This document shows, one piece after another, positions 37,301 to 47,100 of a stretch of 64,000 bases of DNA (positions within the stretch are counted from its first letter, which is position 1; each line of letters begins with the position of its first letter). This DNA comes from Mobula hypostoma (Eukaryota). Under the pieces are notes generated by a model, which was not told where the DNA came from, did no database searches, and worked only from the letters and a program-made list of their open reading frames with translations. The stretch covers positions 69,566,001 through 69,630,000 of the forward strand of contig NC_086108.1 of the NCBI RefSeq assembly GCF_963921235.1. The letters run 5' to 3'. A program made the translations under genes and the position numbers.

Positions 37301-40039
37301 TTCATCCCTAGTAAATAAAATCAATCAAAATGAAAAACCTAGAAATAAATATATAGAATGGTCTTACTTCTGAACATTTGCTCCTTGATAAGTTCCTTAC
37401 CCAAGTCATCCATTAAGTGAGGACTTTGACAATGTTTTAATGGGAGCCGGTAACTAATCTTTCAGAAAGTGAATAAAATTGAAATGCAATATTTTATTGG
37501 AAAAAAATAATCAATCCCAAAGGAACAACTGGAAACAGAAATAATCATTCTAACAATCATCCAAAAATAAACAAATAAATCAAGATAATATTAGTAAAGG
37601 TGAGCAACACACACAAAATGCTGGAGGAACTCAGCAGGCCAAGCAGCACCTATGGAAAAGAGTATAGTTGACGTTTCGGGTTGAAACTCTTCATCATTGA
37701 GCCCTGAAGTGTCTCAGCCCAAAACATTGACTATAGTCTTTTCCATAGGTGCTGTCTTGCCTGCTGGGTTCCTCCAGCATTTTGTGTGTGTTGCTTGGAT
37801 TTCCAGCATCTGCAGATTTTCTTGTTTGTGATAAGTAAAGGTGAATGCTTTCACATTATGCATTCATCACTGATAGGTCTTAGTCTATATCATGGTGCAT
37901 TTGCAGCGGCTCGGGAGTAAGGGGTTCACAAATCCTATTTTAAAATATTTTGTGTGAGATATGTAGGAAAATCTGATGCATTTAACATTCCATTATCACA
38001 AGCATGTAACTATCCTTGATTTCCAAAGCAGTGTGCAAATTCAGAGGATATTTGACCTAGGATCTTCTATTAAACTAATCCAATATCTACATATACATGG
38101 CTTTTTCCAGACAGGTCAATGACAATAGTTCAGATTGAAAACTATAACTAAATTTGTTTGGTCTCACTTGGCCAACCTGTTCCAAAGGAATTGAAGCATA
38201 TCACAATAAAAATTCTGACAGGTATCACTAAATGATCAGGGACTTCCTGTTTTATCCCAGGTTGGGTGAACCAACAATATGAGCTTAATAGATGAAAACC
38301 ATCTGTCAATGTTCAAATGCAGTCAGCTTACAAAATGCATAATTAATTGCCCCAATCCTTTCCCTCCAAATTGAAAGAAAATCACTTTAAGTGTGTGGCT
38401 ATCTAAAAATATCCCTGCATTATTTTCTTATATGTGACACAGTCATAAAGTGATCAAGTGATAATTTTTCTCTCCAAACAATGAATCTTCTGGTGAAGAA
38501 CATGGGATCCAGTTAATCTAATATTAAAAAGTTAGTGTCCAATTTAATGAGTTCCAAAAAAATGCTGCCTTTGTAATACTGGGAGAATACAAGCACTTTG
38601 TTTTTCAAAAAGCTGACCTTTGCTTGAACTGATATCATTACTAAGGAAAATGTACTACTATTTTTAGAATAGTTGAAATAATTCTTCAAGAGAACAGATG
38701 GGATCATTGATAATAAGGATGGATTCTGTATACTGAAATTTATTTCCAGCTGCTTACCATTGGAATATTCAGCAAATTTCACCTGAACTGAGTAGTTGTT
38801 AAGAGTCAACCACATTAGTGGGTCTGGAATCAGATATAGGACAGAAAGGGTGCAGATTTTCTTCCCCATGAAACATTTGTGAACCTAATAAGCTTCATAT
38901 GTAATAACACAAAACAAAAAGCAGAAACAGGACATGCACTTGCAACCATCAAACTTTATCTGCCATTCAACAGCTCAGCTAAATCTTTGCATCAACACTA
39001 TTTTCCTGCAGTATCCCAATATTGCTCAACAACTTAATGCACAAACATCTATTGATCTCCCTCTTAAATATACTCATCAGTACATCAGTGTATAAGGTCA
39101 TGATGAACAACAAAATTTGACTTTTACGGTGAACATTATAGGATCAAATGAAAAGTCAGCAAATTTTAAGTAAATTGTATGAGGCGAAAAGAGCTAATAA
39201 AAAATCACATACAAACTCCAATTCCAGCACTTGACTGAGGACTCAGCCATCTTCAGTAGCCACATCTCAAGGATGGTTCAGTCTGCCAATTTCTTCCTTC
39301 TCCTATTTTTGGAGACTAAAATGTGCTTCTGTTTATATACCTATTTCAAGGGGTAATGAATCCTTATATCTAATATTAAATTAATTGTGTGCACAATCTC
39401 AGCTGTCCCATTCTAAGGATATCACAACTTGCCACACATCTGATTTTGCCTCAATTACAGAGCATTCCATGTTCCAACAACTGTTTGCTTTAAAAACTCC
39501 ACGACTAATGCTCCTCAAAACCCTAACGAGACACAATTTGGTGAACTAATCCTAATCTCCCCATCAAAATACTTTATCTACTTCTCAAAGTCCTGTAGTT
39601 TTAACTTCACCATGTCCTGTGATCTCACTCACAGATGATGCAGTAATGTTGAAAAATATATTAAAAAGCTCCAGAAGCAGTGAAAATTTACCAAAACTGC
39701 AAATTAGCACTCCTAATTAAAGAGATAAATAAAAGGTTAGTAAAGTAAACACAAAATGGATTCCAGAACGAATCAATCTGTATGGAAAATGTGTTGTAAG
39801 CTAACAATTTTATATTGCTTGAAATGTATCTTAAAAATTATTCTTATAGATGGAAAAATATGTATGTTTATGCACAGCACGGCCCACAAACCTTTCATGC
39901 ATATACAGCATCATCATTTGGCAGTCTGTGCAGATCAGTTTCTTCAAACATCTGTAAGGGGTTATAGCCACATGGATAAAATTAAAACACAATTTACCTG
40001 ACGATAATACTTTTCATATAAAGGGTTTCCACTTGAGAG
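6679..40039 (-). CDS. EPS15: EPS15 (epidermal growth factor receptor pathway substrate 15), partial: join of 11 exons, 1121 nt, EH1-EH2-EH3 plus start of coiled coil
   Basis: Manually spliced exons translate [14 protein letters not shown]...[19 protein letters not shown](R), colinear with human EPS15 as I recall it. All introns are GT-AG with compatible phases. Diagnostic segments ([43 protein letters not shown]) fit EPS15 rather than EPS15L1. Confidence 0.95.
9666..9816 (-). CDS. EPS15: EPS15 exon 11 (151 nt, [50 protein letters not shown])
   Basis: Acceptor gccttcacag, donor gtaaac; first G completes the Trp codon from exon 10. Confidence 0.95.
10665..10784 (+). mobile_element. Rex1/Babar-like fragment interrupted at a TA by a Tc1 element
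   Basis: [10 protein letters not shown]...[15 protein letters not shown] motif. Confidence 0.65.
10785..11995 (-). mobile_element. Tc1-like DNA transposon, truncated (one IR/DR-type end plus transposase C-terminus)
   Basis: TA|CAGCGGTATGCAAAAGTTTGGACACCC end; inner direct repeat gcaaaagtttgggcaccc at 11385; ORF 11444..11722 has [15 protein letters not shown]...[10 protein letters not shown]. Confidence 0.9.
10965..11365 (+). mobile_element. 5'-truncated Rex1/Babar-like LINE inserted in the Tc1 terminal repeat
   Basis: [14 protein letters not shown]...SHPLH...[21 protein letters not shown]; aataaa and short tail; aaaagg on both sides. Confidence 0.8.
12411..12849 (+). mobile_element. Internally deleted Tc1-like element with both TIRs and TA TSD
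   Basis: tagtgctttgaataagtattcagccccc pairs with ggggttgaataatttttcaaggcacta; remnant [14 protein letters not shown]...FCKEEWA. Confidence 0.85.
12922..13791 (+). mobile_element. Solo LTR (870 bp), Gypsy-like, 4-bp TSD CTGT
   Basis: ctgt|TGTGACG...CGTAACA|ctgt; TATA-like gataaaa at ~13160 and aataaa at ~13703. Confidence 0.88.
14016..14858 (+). mobile_element. Solo LTR (~843 bp) related to 12922..13791, TSD AACA
   Basis: aaca|TGTGACA...CATGACC|aaca (terminal A changed to C); shares gaactgaactgaact, tttacccctagac and tttctgctggt...acggggtac with its neighbour. Confidence 0.78.
14879..15033 (-). CDS. EPS15: EPS15 exon 10 (155 nt, [54 protein letters not shown]3)
   Basis: Acceptor ttattttacag, donor gtaagt; ends in phase 2. 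Confidence 0.94.
15325..15700 (+). mobile_element. CR1 LINE 3' ORF2 fragment
   Basis: [21 protein letters not shown] motif and later CR1 C-terminal sequence. Confidence 0.75.
15750..16875 (+). mobile_element. 5'-truncated RLE-type non-LTR retrotransposon (HERO/NeSL/R2 group), frameshifted
   Basis: [15 protein letters not shown] knuckle [23 protein letters not shown], and RLE motifs P(D>G)IIVWS...IGELTVPWE...AHERKLTKY...EVGCRGF. Confidence 0.88.
16955..17270 (-). mobile_element. Old SINE (V-SINE/HE1-like)
   Basis: Minus strand has a tRNA-like head (B-box-like ggttcagtcc), a tttgcacattct core and a CR1-like tail; degenerate. Confidence 0.55.
17575..17874 (+). mobile_element. Young tRNA-derived SINE with A-tail and 14-bp TSD
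   Basis: A-box-like TGGCGCAAC, B-box GGTTCGAAACC, CpG-rich body; TSD aaatcaataaagca at 17561..17574 and 17875..17888. Confidence 0.85.
17928..18128 (-). CDS. EPS15: EPS15 exon 9, long form (201 nt, [30 protein letters not shown]...PTKTAAAQ)
   Basis: Acceptor tttctttcacaag, donor gtaatg; matches ORF 17895..18125; 67 codons. Confidence 0.9.
18575..19135. mobile_element. Old Penelope-derived inverted-repeat element
   Basis: ctgaaataaaaacagaaaatg...ctcagc..gtcagg is mirrored by cctgacctg..cagcatttc..gattttctg. Confidence 0.55.
21452..21488. repeat. (TG)n microsatellite
   Basis: Direct reading. Confidence 0.95.
21541..22277. mobile_element. Non-autonomous DNA transposon (pogo/Tigger-like)
   Basis: Imperfect inverted ends cagttaattgg / ccaattatctg, subterminal gcagc..attgggc repeats, acidic transposase-tail-like remnant. 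Confidence 0.45.
22287..22352. repeat. (TG)n(AG)n compound microsatellite
   Basis: Direct reading. Confidence 0.95.
24085..24755 (+). mobile_element. Degenerate Penelope-like 3' fragment
   Basis: LGD...-like GIY-YIG remnant, pyrimidine tract, then ttgatgcagggtctcgacccgaaac (hammerhead-like). Confidence 0.6.
24856..24915 (-). CDS. EPS15: EPS15 exon 8 (60 nt, [22 protein letters not shown]2 EF-hand)
   Basis: Acceptor cctttacag-like (accttacag), donor gtaagt; canonical DxDxDG EF-hand loop. Confidence 0.96.
25091..25350 (-). mobile_element. CR1 LINE 3' end (well preserved)
   Basis: [34 protein letters not shown] plus 3' UTR. Confidence 0.88.
27091..29121 (+). mobile_element. 5'-truncated RTE-clade LINE, frameshifted, (TGA)n tail, 10-bp TSD TATAGCTGTA
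   Basis: RT motifs [52 protein letters not shown] at 27081..27090 and 29122..29131. Confidence 0.92.
29816..29941 (-). CDS. EPS15: EPS15 exon 7 (126 nt, [44 protein letters not shown]2)
   Basis: Acceptor ttgcag, donor gtaagt; very close to human EH2. Confidence 0.96.
30435..30912 (+). mobile_element. Penelope-like 3' fragment
   Basis: Long C/T tract, then gtcctgatgaaaggtctccgccc and gatgct.cctgacctgctgagttcc, shared with the other PLE copies. Confidence 0.7.
30916..33027 (-). mobile_element. CR1 LINE: ORF2 linker, RT and 3' UTR, degenerate
   Basis: [55 protein letters not shown] in ORFs 31052..32603. Confidence 0.93.
33159..33224 (-). CDS. EPS15: EPS15 exon 6 (66 nt, [22 protein letters not shown])
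   Basis: Acceptor tcttccttttag, donor gtacag; ends in PWAVK, the start of EH2. Confidence 0.92.
33268..33979 (+). mobile_element. CR1 LINE ORF2 N-terminal AP-endonuclease fragment
   Basis: [51 protein letters not shown]. Confidence 0.88.
34642..34737 (-). CDS. EPS15: EPS15 exon 5 (96 nt, [32 protein letters not shown])
   Basis: Acceptor tttttcctttag, donor gtaagt. Confidence 0.95.
34830..34930 (+). mobile_element. Short Penelope-derived fragment with degenerate hammerhead-like motif
   Basis: cagtcctgcgaaaaggtctcggcccgaaat...ctgctgagttcctccagcac. Confidence 0.65.
35502..35549 (-). CDS. EPS15: EPS15 exon 4 (48 nt, [18 protein letters not shown]1)
   Basis: Acceptor tgtttttcag, donor gtattt; conserved EH Trp. 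Confidence 0.95.
36310..36597. mobile_element. Penelope-derived inverted-repeat element with 12-bp TSD TTAGAGCAGTAT
   Basis: Arms ~36353..36432 and ~36515..36596 are reverse complements; TSD at 36298..36309 and 36598..36609. Confidence 0.82.
36504..36541 (+). ncRNA. Minimal type I hammerhead-ribozyme-like motif (PLE-associated)
   Basis: cagcc-CTGATGA-agg gttccgg cct-GAAA-cgtt-gactg: both core boxes, stem II AGG/CCT, palindromic aacgtt stem III, stem I with one mismatch. Confidence 0.6.
36925..37014 (-). CDS. EPS15: EPS15 exon 3 (90 nt, [32 protein letters not shown]1)
   Basis: Acceptor ttcttccacag, donor gtactg; lies within ORF 36811..37068. Confidence 0.95.
37604..37833. mobile_element. 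Penelope-derived inverted-repeat element with 11-bp TSD AGTAAAGGTGA
   Basis: ~90-bp inverted arms (gcaacacacacaaaatgctggaggaac / gttcctccagcattttgtgtgtgttgc); TSD at 37593..37603 and 37834..37844. Confidence 0.82.
39998..40039 (-). CDS. EPS15: EPS15 exon 2 (42 nt, [14 protein letters not shown])
   Basis: Acceptor ttttcttccag, donor gtaaat; phase 0/0. Confidence 0.95.
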
Positions 40040-40447
40040 CTGGAAGAAAAAAATCAGACAGTGAGTATTCTGAGCTGAAGAGAGAAATTCACAGTGCATT
40101 TTTAAAAATCTATTTTTTTGTACTGTCTGATGCCACCAAAAATATAATGTTCTTGATTAATAAAAGGTCTGAAATGCGATATTTGAATTTGGAGAGCCAT
40201 CACAGCTAGGTTCAAAAACAGTAAACAGAAAACCATAGATGCATGAACAAACTTCACACTGGTCACTGATCTATGTCAAACCAGCAATTCTGATTGACAT
40301 GTACCAAGGCCAAATGTACGCAAAACAATCTACAAAGCTACAATCCCATAAGTCAACTCAGGCCAAGTACTGAGCATTCCAATCAGAAAATAACCCAAGG
40401 CTCACAATAACAAAACGTTTAACACCTCCTCCTGTCACTCACTGAGT

Positions 40448-41125
40448 GATCCCAGCATTTTATGCTTTTATTTCAGTTTTCAATGGCGGTGCGCCTTGGT
40501 ATAGTATTCACATTAACGCACCTGCATCCTTTAAATCACTTCTTTTTCCCTGTTACACAGCATTGAGGTCAATGACGAGGTTGGAAGAGAGATGGAAAGG
40601 GTGGCGCTTGTGGGCTGGGTGTCTGGGAATTAGGTTCCCAGTGAGCTGGAAGAAAGTGAGGGAACGGGGACTGCAGCACGTTGAGAGTGAGGGAACAGGG
40701 AGTGCAGCACGTTGAGAGTGAGGGAACCGGGACTGCAACACGTTGAGAGTGAGGGAACCGGGACTGCAGCACGTTGAGAGTGAGGGGATCCCAGCATTTT
40801 ATGCTTTTATTTCAGTTTTCAATGGCGGTGCGCCTTAGTATAGTATTCACATTAACGCACCTGCATCCTTTAAATCACTTCTTTTTCCCTGTTACACAGC
40901 ATTGAGGTCAATGACGAGGTTGGAAGGGAGATGGAAAGGGTGGCGCTTGTGGGCTGGGTGTCTGGGAATTAGGTTCCCAGTGAGCTGGAAGAAAGTGAGG
41001 GAACGGGGACTGCAGCACGTTGAGAGTGAGGGAACAGGGAGTGCAGCACGTTGAGAGTGAGGGAACCGGGACTGCAACACGTTGAGAGTGAGGGAACCGG
41101 GACTGCAGGACGTTGACAGTGAGGG
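40448..41125. repeat. 339-bp direct duplication: ~205 bp unique flank plus ~4 satellite units (copy starts 40448 and 40787)
   Basis: gatcccagcattttatgc...gagctggaagaaagtgagggaac occurs twice with only ~2 differences and is followed by the same order of unit variants. Confidence 0.97.
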
Positions 41126-44100
41126 AACAGGGACTGCAGCGCGTTGAGAGTGAGGGAACGGGGACTGCAGCGCGTTGAGAGTGAGGGAACGGGGAGTGCA
41201 GCGCATTGAGAGTGAGGGAACGGGGAGTGCAGCACGTTGAGAGTGAGGGATCGGGGACTGCAGCACGTTGAGAGGGAGGGAACCGGGATTGCAGCGCGTT
41301 GAGAGTGAGGAAACGGGGACTGCAGCGCGTTGAGAGGGAGGGAACGGGGACTGCAGCGCGTTGAGAGTGAGGGATCGGGGACTGCAGCGCGTTGAGAGTG
41401 AGGGATCGGGGACTGCAGCGCGTTGAGAGTGAGGGATCGGGGACTGCAGCGCGTTGAGAGTGAGGGAACGGGGACTGCAGCGCATTGAGAGTGAGGGAAC
41501 GGGGACTGCAGCGCGTTGACAGTGAGGGAACGTGGAGTGCAGCGCGTTGAGAGTGAGGGAACGGGGACTGCAGCGCGTTGAGAGTGAGGGAACGGGGACT
41601 GCAGCGCGTTGAGAGTGAGGGAACGGGGACTGCAGCGCGTTGAGAGTGAGGGAACGGGGACTGCAGCTCGTTGAGAGTGAGGGAACGGGGACTGCAGCGC
41701 GTTGAGAGTGAGGGAACGGGGACTGCAGCGCGTTGAGAGTGAGGGAACGGGGACTGCAGCGCCTTGAGAGTGAGGGAACGGGGACTGCAGCACGTTGAGA
41801 GTGAGGGAACCGGGACTGCAGCACGTTGAGAGTGAGGGAACGGGGACTGCAGCACGTTGAGAGTGAGGGAACCGTAACTGCAGCACGTTGAGAGTAAGGG
41901 AACGGGGACTGCAGCACGTTGAGAGTGAGGGAACCGGGACTGCAGCACGTTGAGAGTGAGGGAACGGGGACTGCAGCACGTTGAGAGTGAGGGAACCGGC
42001 ATTGCAGCACGTTGAGAGTGAGGGAACGGGGACTGCAGCGCGTTGAGAGTGAGGGAACGGGGACTGCAGCGCGTTGAGAGTGAGGGAACGGGGACTGCAG
42101 CACGTTGAGAGTGAGGGAACGGGGACTGCAGCACGTTGAGAGTGAGGGAACCGGGGACAGCAGCAGGTGGAGAGTGAGGGAACGGGGACTGCAGCACGTT
42201 GAGAGTGAGCGAACGGGGACTGCAGCACGTTGAGATTGAGGGAACGGGGACTGCAGCACGTTGAGAGTGAGGGAACGGGGACTGCAGCACGTTGAGAGTG
42301 AGGGAACGGGGACTGCAGCACGTTGAGAGTGAGGGAACGGGGACTGCAGCACGTTGAGAGTGAGGGAACGGGGACTGCAGCACGTTGAGAGTGAGGGAAC
42401 GGGGACTGCAGCGCGTTGAGAGTGAGGGAACGGGGAGTGCAGCGCGTTGAGAGTGAGGGAACGGGGAGTGCAGCACGTTGAGAGTGAGGGAAACGGGGAC
42501 TGCAGCACATTGAGAGTGAGGGAACAGCGAGTGCAGCACGTTGAGAGTGAGGGATCGGGGACTGCAGCACGTTGAGAGGGAGGGAACCGGGATTGCAGCG
42601 CGTTGAGAGTGAGGAAACGGGGACTGCAGCACGTTGAGAGGGAGGGAACCGGGATTGCAGCGCGTTGAGAGTGAGGAAACGGGGACTGCAGCGCATTGAG
42701 AGGGAGGGAACGGGGACTGCAGCGCGTTGAGAGGGAGGGAACGGGGACTGCAGCGCGTTGAGAGGGAGGGATCGGGGACTGCAGCGCGTTGAGAGTGAGG
42801 GATCGGGGACTGCAGCGCGTTGAGAGTGAGGGATCGGGGACTGCAGCGCGTTGAGAGTGAGGGAACGGGGACTGCAGCGCGTTGAGAGTGAGGGAACGGG
42901 GACTGCAGCGCGTTGAGAGTGAGGGAAGGGGACGGGGACTGCAGCGCGTTGAGAGTGAGGGAACGGGGACTGCAGCGCGTTGAGTGAGGGAACGGGGACT
43001 GCAGCGCGTTGAGAGTGAGGGAACGGGGACTGCAGCGCGTTGAGAGTGAGGGAACGGGGACTGCAGCGCGTTGAGAGTGAGGGAACGGGGACTGCAGCGC
43101 GTTGAGAGTGAGGGAACCGGGACTGCAGCACGATGAGAGTGAGGGAACGGGGACTGCAGCACGTTGAGAGTGAGGGAACCGGGGACAGCAGCAGGTGGAG
43201 AGTGAGGGAACGGGGACTGCAGCACGTTGAGAGTGAGCGAACGGGGACTGCAGCACGTTGAGATTGAGGGAACGGGGACTGCAGCACGTTGAGATTGAGG
43301 GAACGGGGACTGCAGCACGTTGAGAGTGAGGGAACGGGGACTGCAGCACGTTGAGAGTGAGGGAACGGGGACTGCAGCACGTTGAGTGTGAGGGAACGGG
43401 GACTGCAGCACGTTGAGAGTGAGGGAACGGGGACTGCAGCGCGTTGAGAGTGAGGGAACGGGGAGTGCAGCGCGTTGAGAGTGAGGGAACGGGGAGTGCA
43501 GCGCGTTGAGAGTGAGGGAAACGGGGACTGCAGCACGTTGAGAGTGAGGGAACAGCGAGTGCAGCACGTTGAGAGTGAGGGATCGGTGACTGCAGCACGT
43601 TGAGAGGGAGGGAACCGGGATTGCAGCGCGTTGAGAGTGAGGAAACGGGGACTGCAGCGCGTTGAGAGTGAGGGAACGGGGACTGCAGCGCGTTGAGAGG
43701 GAGGGAACGGGGACTGCAGCGCGTTGAGAGTGAGGGAACGGGGACTGCAGCGCGTTGAGAGTGAGGGATCGGGGACTGCAGCGCGTTGAGAGTGAGGGAT
43801 CGGGGACTGCAGCGCGTTGAGAGTGAGGGAACGGGGACTGCAGCGCGTTGAGAGTGAGGGAACGGGGACTGCAGCGCGTTGAGAGTGAGGGAACGGGGAC
43901 TGCAGCGCGTTGAGAGTGAGGGAACGGGGACTGCAGCGCGTTGAGAGTGAGGGAACGGGGACTGCAGCGCGTTGAGAGTGAGGGAACGGGGACTGCAGCG
44001 CGTTGAGAGTGAGGGAACGGGGACTGCAGCGCGTTGAGTGAGGGAACGGGGACTGCAGCGCGTTGAGAGTGAGGGAACGGGGACTGCAGCGCGTTGAGAG

Positions 44101-47100
44101 TGAGGGAACGGGGACTGCAGCGCGTTGAGAGTGAGGGAACGGGGACTGCAGCGCGTTGAGAGTGAGGGAACGGGGACTGCAGCGCGTTGAGAGTGAGGGA
44201 ACGGGGACTGCAGCGCGTTGAGAGTGAGGGAACGGGGACTGCAGCGCGTTGAGAGTGAGGGAACGGGGACTGCAGCGCGTTGAGAGTGAGGGAATGGGGA
44301 CTGCAGCGCGTTGAGAGTGAGGGAACGGGGAGTGCAGCACGTTGAGAGTGAGGGAAACGGGGACTGCAGCACATTGAGAGTGAGGGAACAGCGACTGCAG
44401 CACGTTGAGAGTGAGGGATCGGGGACTGCAGCACGTTGAGAGGGAGGGAACCGGGATTGCAGCGCGTTGAGAGTGAGGAAACGGGGACTGCAGCGCGTTG
44501 AGAGGGAGGGAACGGGGACTGCAGCGCGTTGAGAGTCAGGGATCAGGGACTGCAGCGCATTGAGAGTGAGGGATCGGGGACTGCAGCGCGTTGAGAGTGA
44601 GGGATCGGGGACTGCAGCGCGTTGAGAGTGAGGGAACGGTGACTGCAGCGCGTTGAGAGTGAGGAAACGGGGACTGCAGCGCGTTGAGAGTGAGGGAACG
44701 GGGACTGCAGCGCGTTGAGAGTGAGGGAACGGGGACTGCAGCGCGTTGAGAGTGAGGGAACGGGGACTGCAGCGCGTTGAGAGTGAGGGAACGGGGACTG
44801 CAGCGCGTTGAGAGTGAGGGAACGGGGACTGCAGCGCATTCAGAGTGAGGGAACGGGGACTGCAGCGCGTTGAGAGTGAGGGAACGGGGACTGCAGCGCG
44901 TTGAGAGTGAGGGAACGGGGACTGCAGCGCGTTGAGAGTGAGGGAACGGGGACTGCAGCGCGTTGAGAGTGAGGGAACGGGGACTGCAGCGCGTTGAGAG
45001 TGAGGGAACGGGGACTGCAGCGCGTTGAGAGTGAGGGAACGGGGACTGCAGCGCGTTGAGAGTGAGGGAACGGGGACTGCAGCGCGTTGAGAGTGAGGGA
45101 ACGGGGACTGCAGCGCGTTGAGAGTGAGGGAACGGGGACTGCAGCGCGTTGAGAGTGAGGGAACGGGGACTGCAGCGCGTTGAGAGTGAGGGAACGGGGA
45201 CTGCAGCGCGTTGAGAGTGAGGGAAAGGGGACTGCAGCGCGTTGAGAGTGAGGGAACGGGGACTGCAGCGCGTTGAGAGTGAGGGAACGGGGACTGCAGC
45301 GCGTTGAGAGTGAGGGAACGGGGACTGCAGCGCGTTGAGAGTGAGGGAACGGGGACTGCAGCGCGTTGAGAGTGAGGGAACGGGGACTGCAGCGCGTTGA
45401 GAGTGAGGGAACGGGGACTGCAGCGCGTTGAGAGTGAGGGAACGGGGACTGCAGCGCGTTGAGAGTGAGGGAACGGGGACTGCAGCGCGTTGAGAGTGAG
45501 GGAACGGGGACTGCAGCGCGTTGAGAGTGAGGGAACGGGGACTGCAGCGCGTTGAGAGTGAGGGAACCGGGACTGCAGCACGTTGAGAGTGAGGGAACGG
45601 GGACTGCAGCACCTTGAGAGTGAGGGAACCGGGACTGCAGCACGTTGAGAGTAAGGGAACGGGGACTGCAGCACGTTGAGAGTGAGGGAACCGGGACTGC
45701 AGCACGTTGAGAGTGAGGGAACGGGGACTGCAGCACGTTGAGAGTGAGGGAACCGGCATTGCAGCACGTTGAGAGTGAGGGAACGGGGACTGCAGCGCGT
45801 TGAGAGTGAGGGAACGGGGACTGCAGCGCGTTGAGAGTGAGGGAACCGGGACTGCAGCACGATGAGAGTGAGGGAACGGGGACTGCAGCACGTTGAGAGT
45901 GAGGGAACCGGGGACTGCAGCAGGTGGAGAGTGAGGGAACGGGGACTGCAGCACGTTGAGAGTGAGCAAACGGGGACTGCAGCACGTTGAGATTGAGGGA
46001 ACGGGGACTGCAGCACGTTGAGATTGAGGGAACGGGGACTGCAGCACGTTGAGAGTGAGGGAACGGGGACTGCAGCACGTTGAGAGTGAGGGAACGGGGA
46101 CTGCAGCACGTTGAGAGTGAGGGAACGGGGACTGCAGCACGTTGAGAGTGTGGGAACCTGGATTACCGGAACCGGGACTGCAGCACGTTGAGAGTGAGGG
46201 AACGGGGACTGCAGCACATTGAGAGTGAGGGAACCGGGATTGCAGCACATTGAGAGTGAGGGAACCAGGAGTGCAGCACGTTGAGAGTGAGGGAACCGGG
46301 ACTGCAGCACGTTGAGAGTGAGGGAACGGGGACTGCAGCACGTTGAGAGTGAGGGAACGGGGACTGCAGCACGTTGAGAGTGAGGGAACCGGGACTGCAG
46401 CACGTTGAGAGTGAGGGAACGTGGACTGCAGCACATTGAGAGTGAGGGAACCGGGATTGCAGCACGTTGAGAGTGAGGGATCCGGGAGTGTAGCACGTTG
46501 AGAGTGAGGGAACCGGGACTGCAGCACATTGAGAGTGAGGGAACCGGGACTGCAGCACATTGAGAGTGAGGGAACCGGGAGTGTAGCACGTTGAGAGTGA
46601 GGGAACCAGGAGTGCAGCACGTTGAGAGTGAGGGAACGGGGACTGCAGCACGTTGAGAGTGAGGGAACGGGGACTGCAGCACGTTGAGAGTGTGGGAACC
46701 TGGATTACAGGAACCGGGACTGCAGCACATTGAGAGTGAGGGAACCGGAACTGCAGCACGTTGAGAGTGAGGGAACGGGGATTGCAGCACGTTGAGAGTG
46801 AGGGAACAGGGACTGCAGCACGTTGAGAGTGAGGGAACGGGGACTGCAGCACGTTGAGAGTGAGGAAACGGGGACTGCAGCACGTTGAGAGTGAGGGAAC
46901 CGGGACTGCAGCACGTTGAGAGTGAGGGAACGGGGACTGCAGCACGTTGAGAGTGAGGGAACGGGGACTGCAGCACGTTGAGAGTGAGGAAACGGGGACT
47001 GCAGCACGTTGAGAGTGAGGAAACGGGGACTGCAGCACGTTGAGAGTGAGGGAACCGGGACTGCAGCACGTTGAGACTGAGGGAACCGGGACTGTAGCAC

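Noticed and set aside
6679..40039. Assignment to EPS15L1 or intersectin
   Set aside because: Three tandem EH domains and the EH3/coiled-coil residues ([35 protein letters not shown]) fit EPS15 better.
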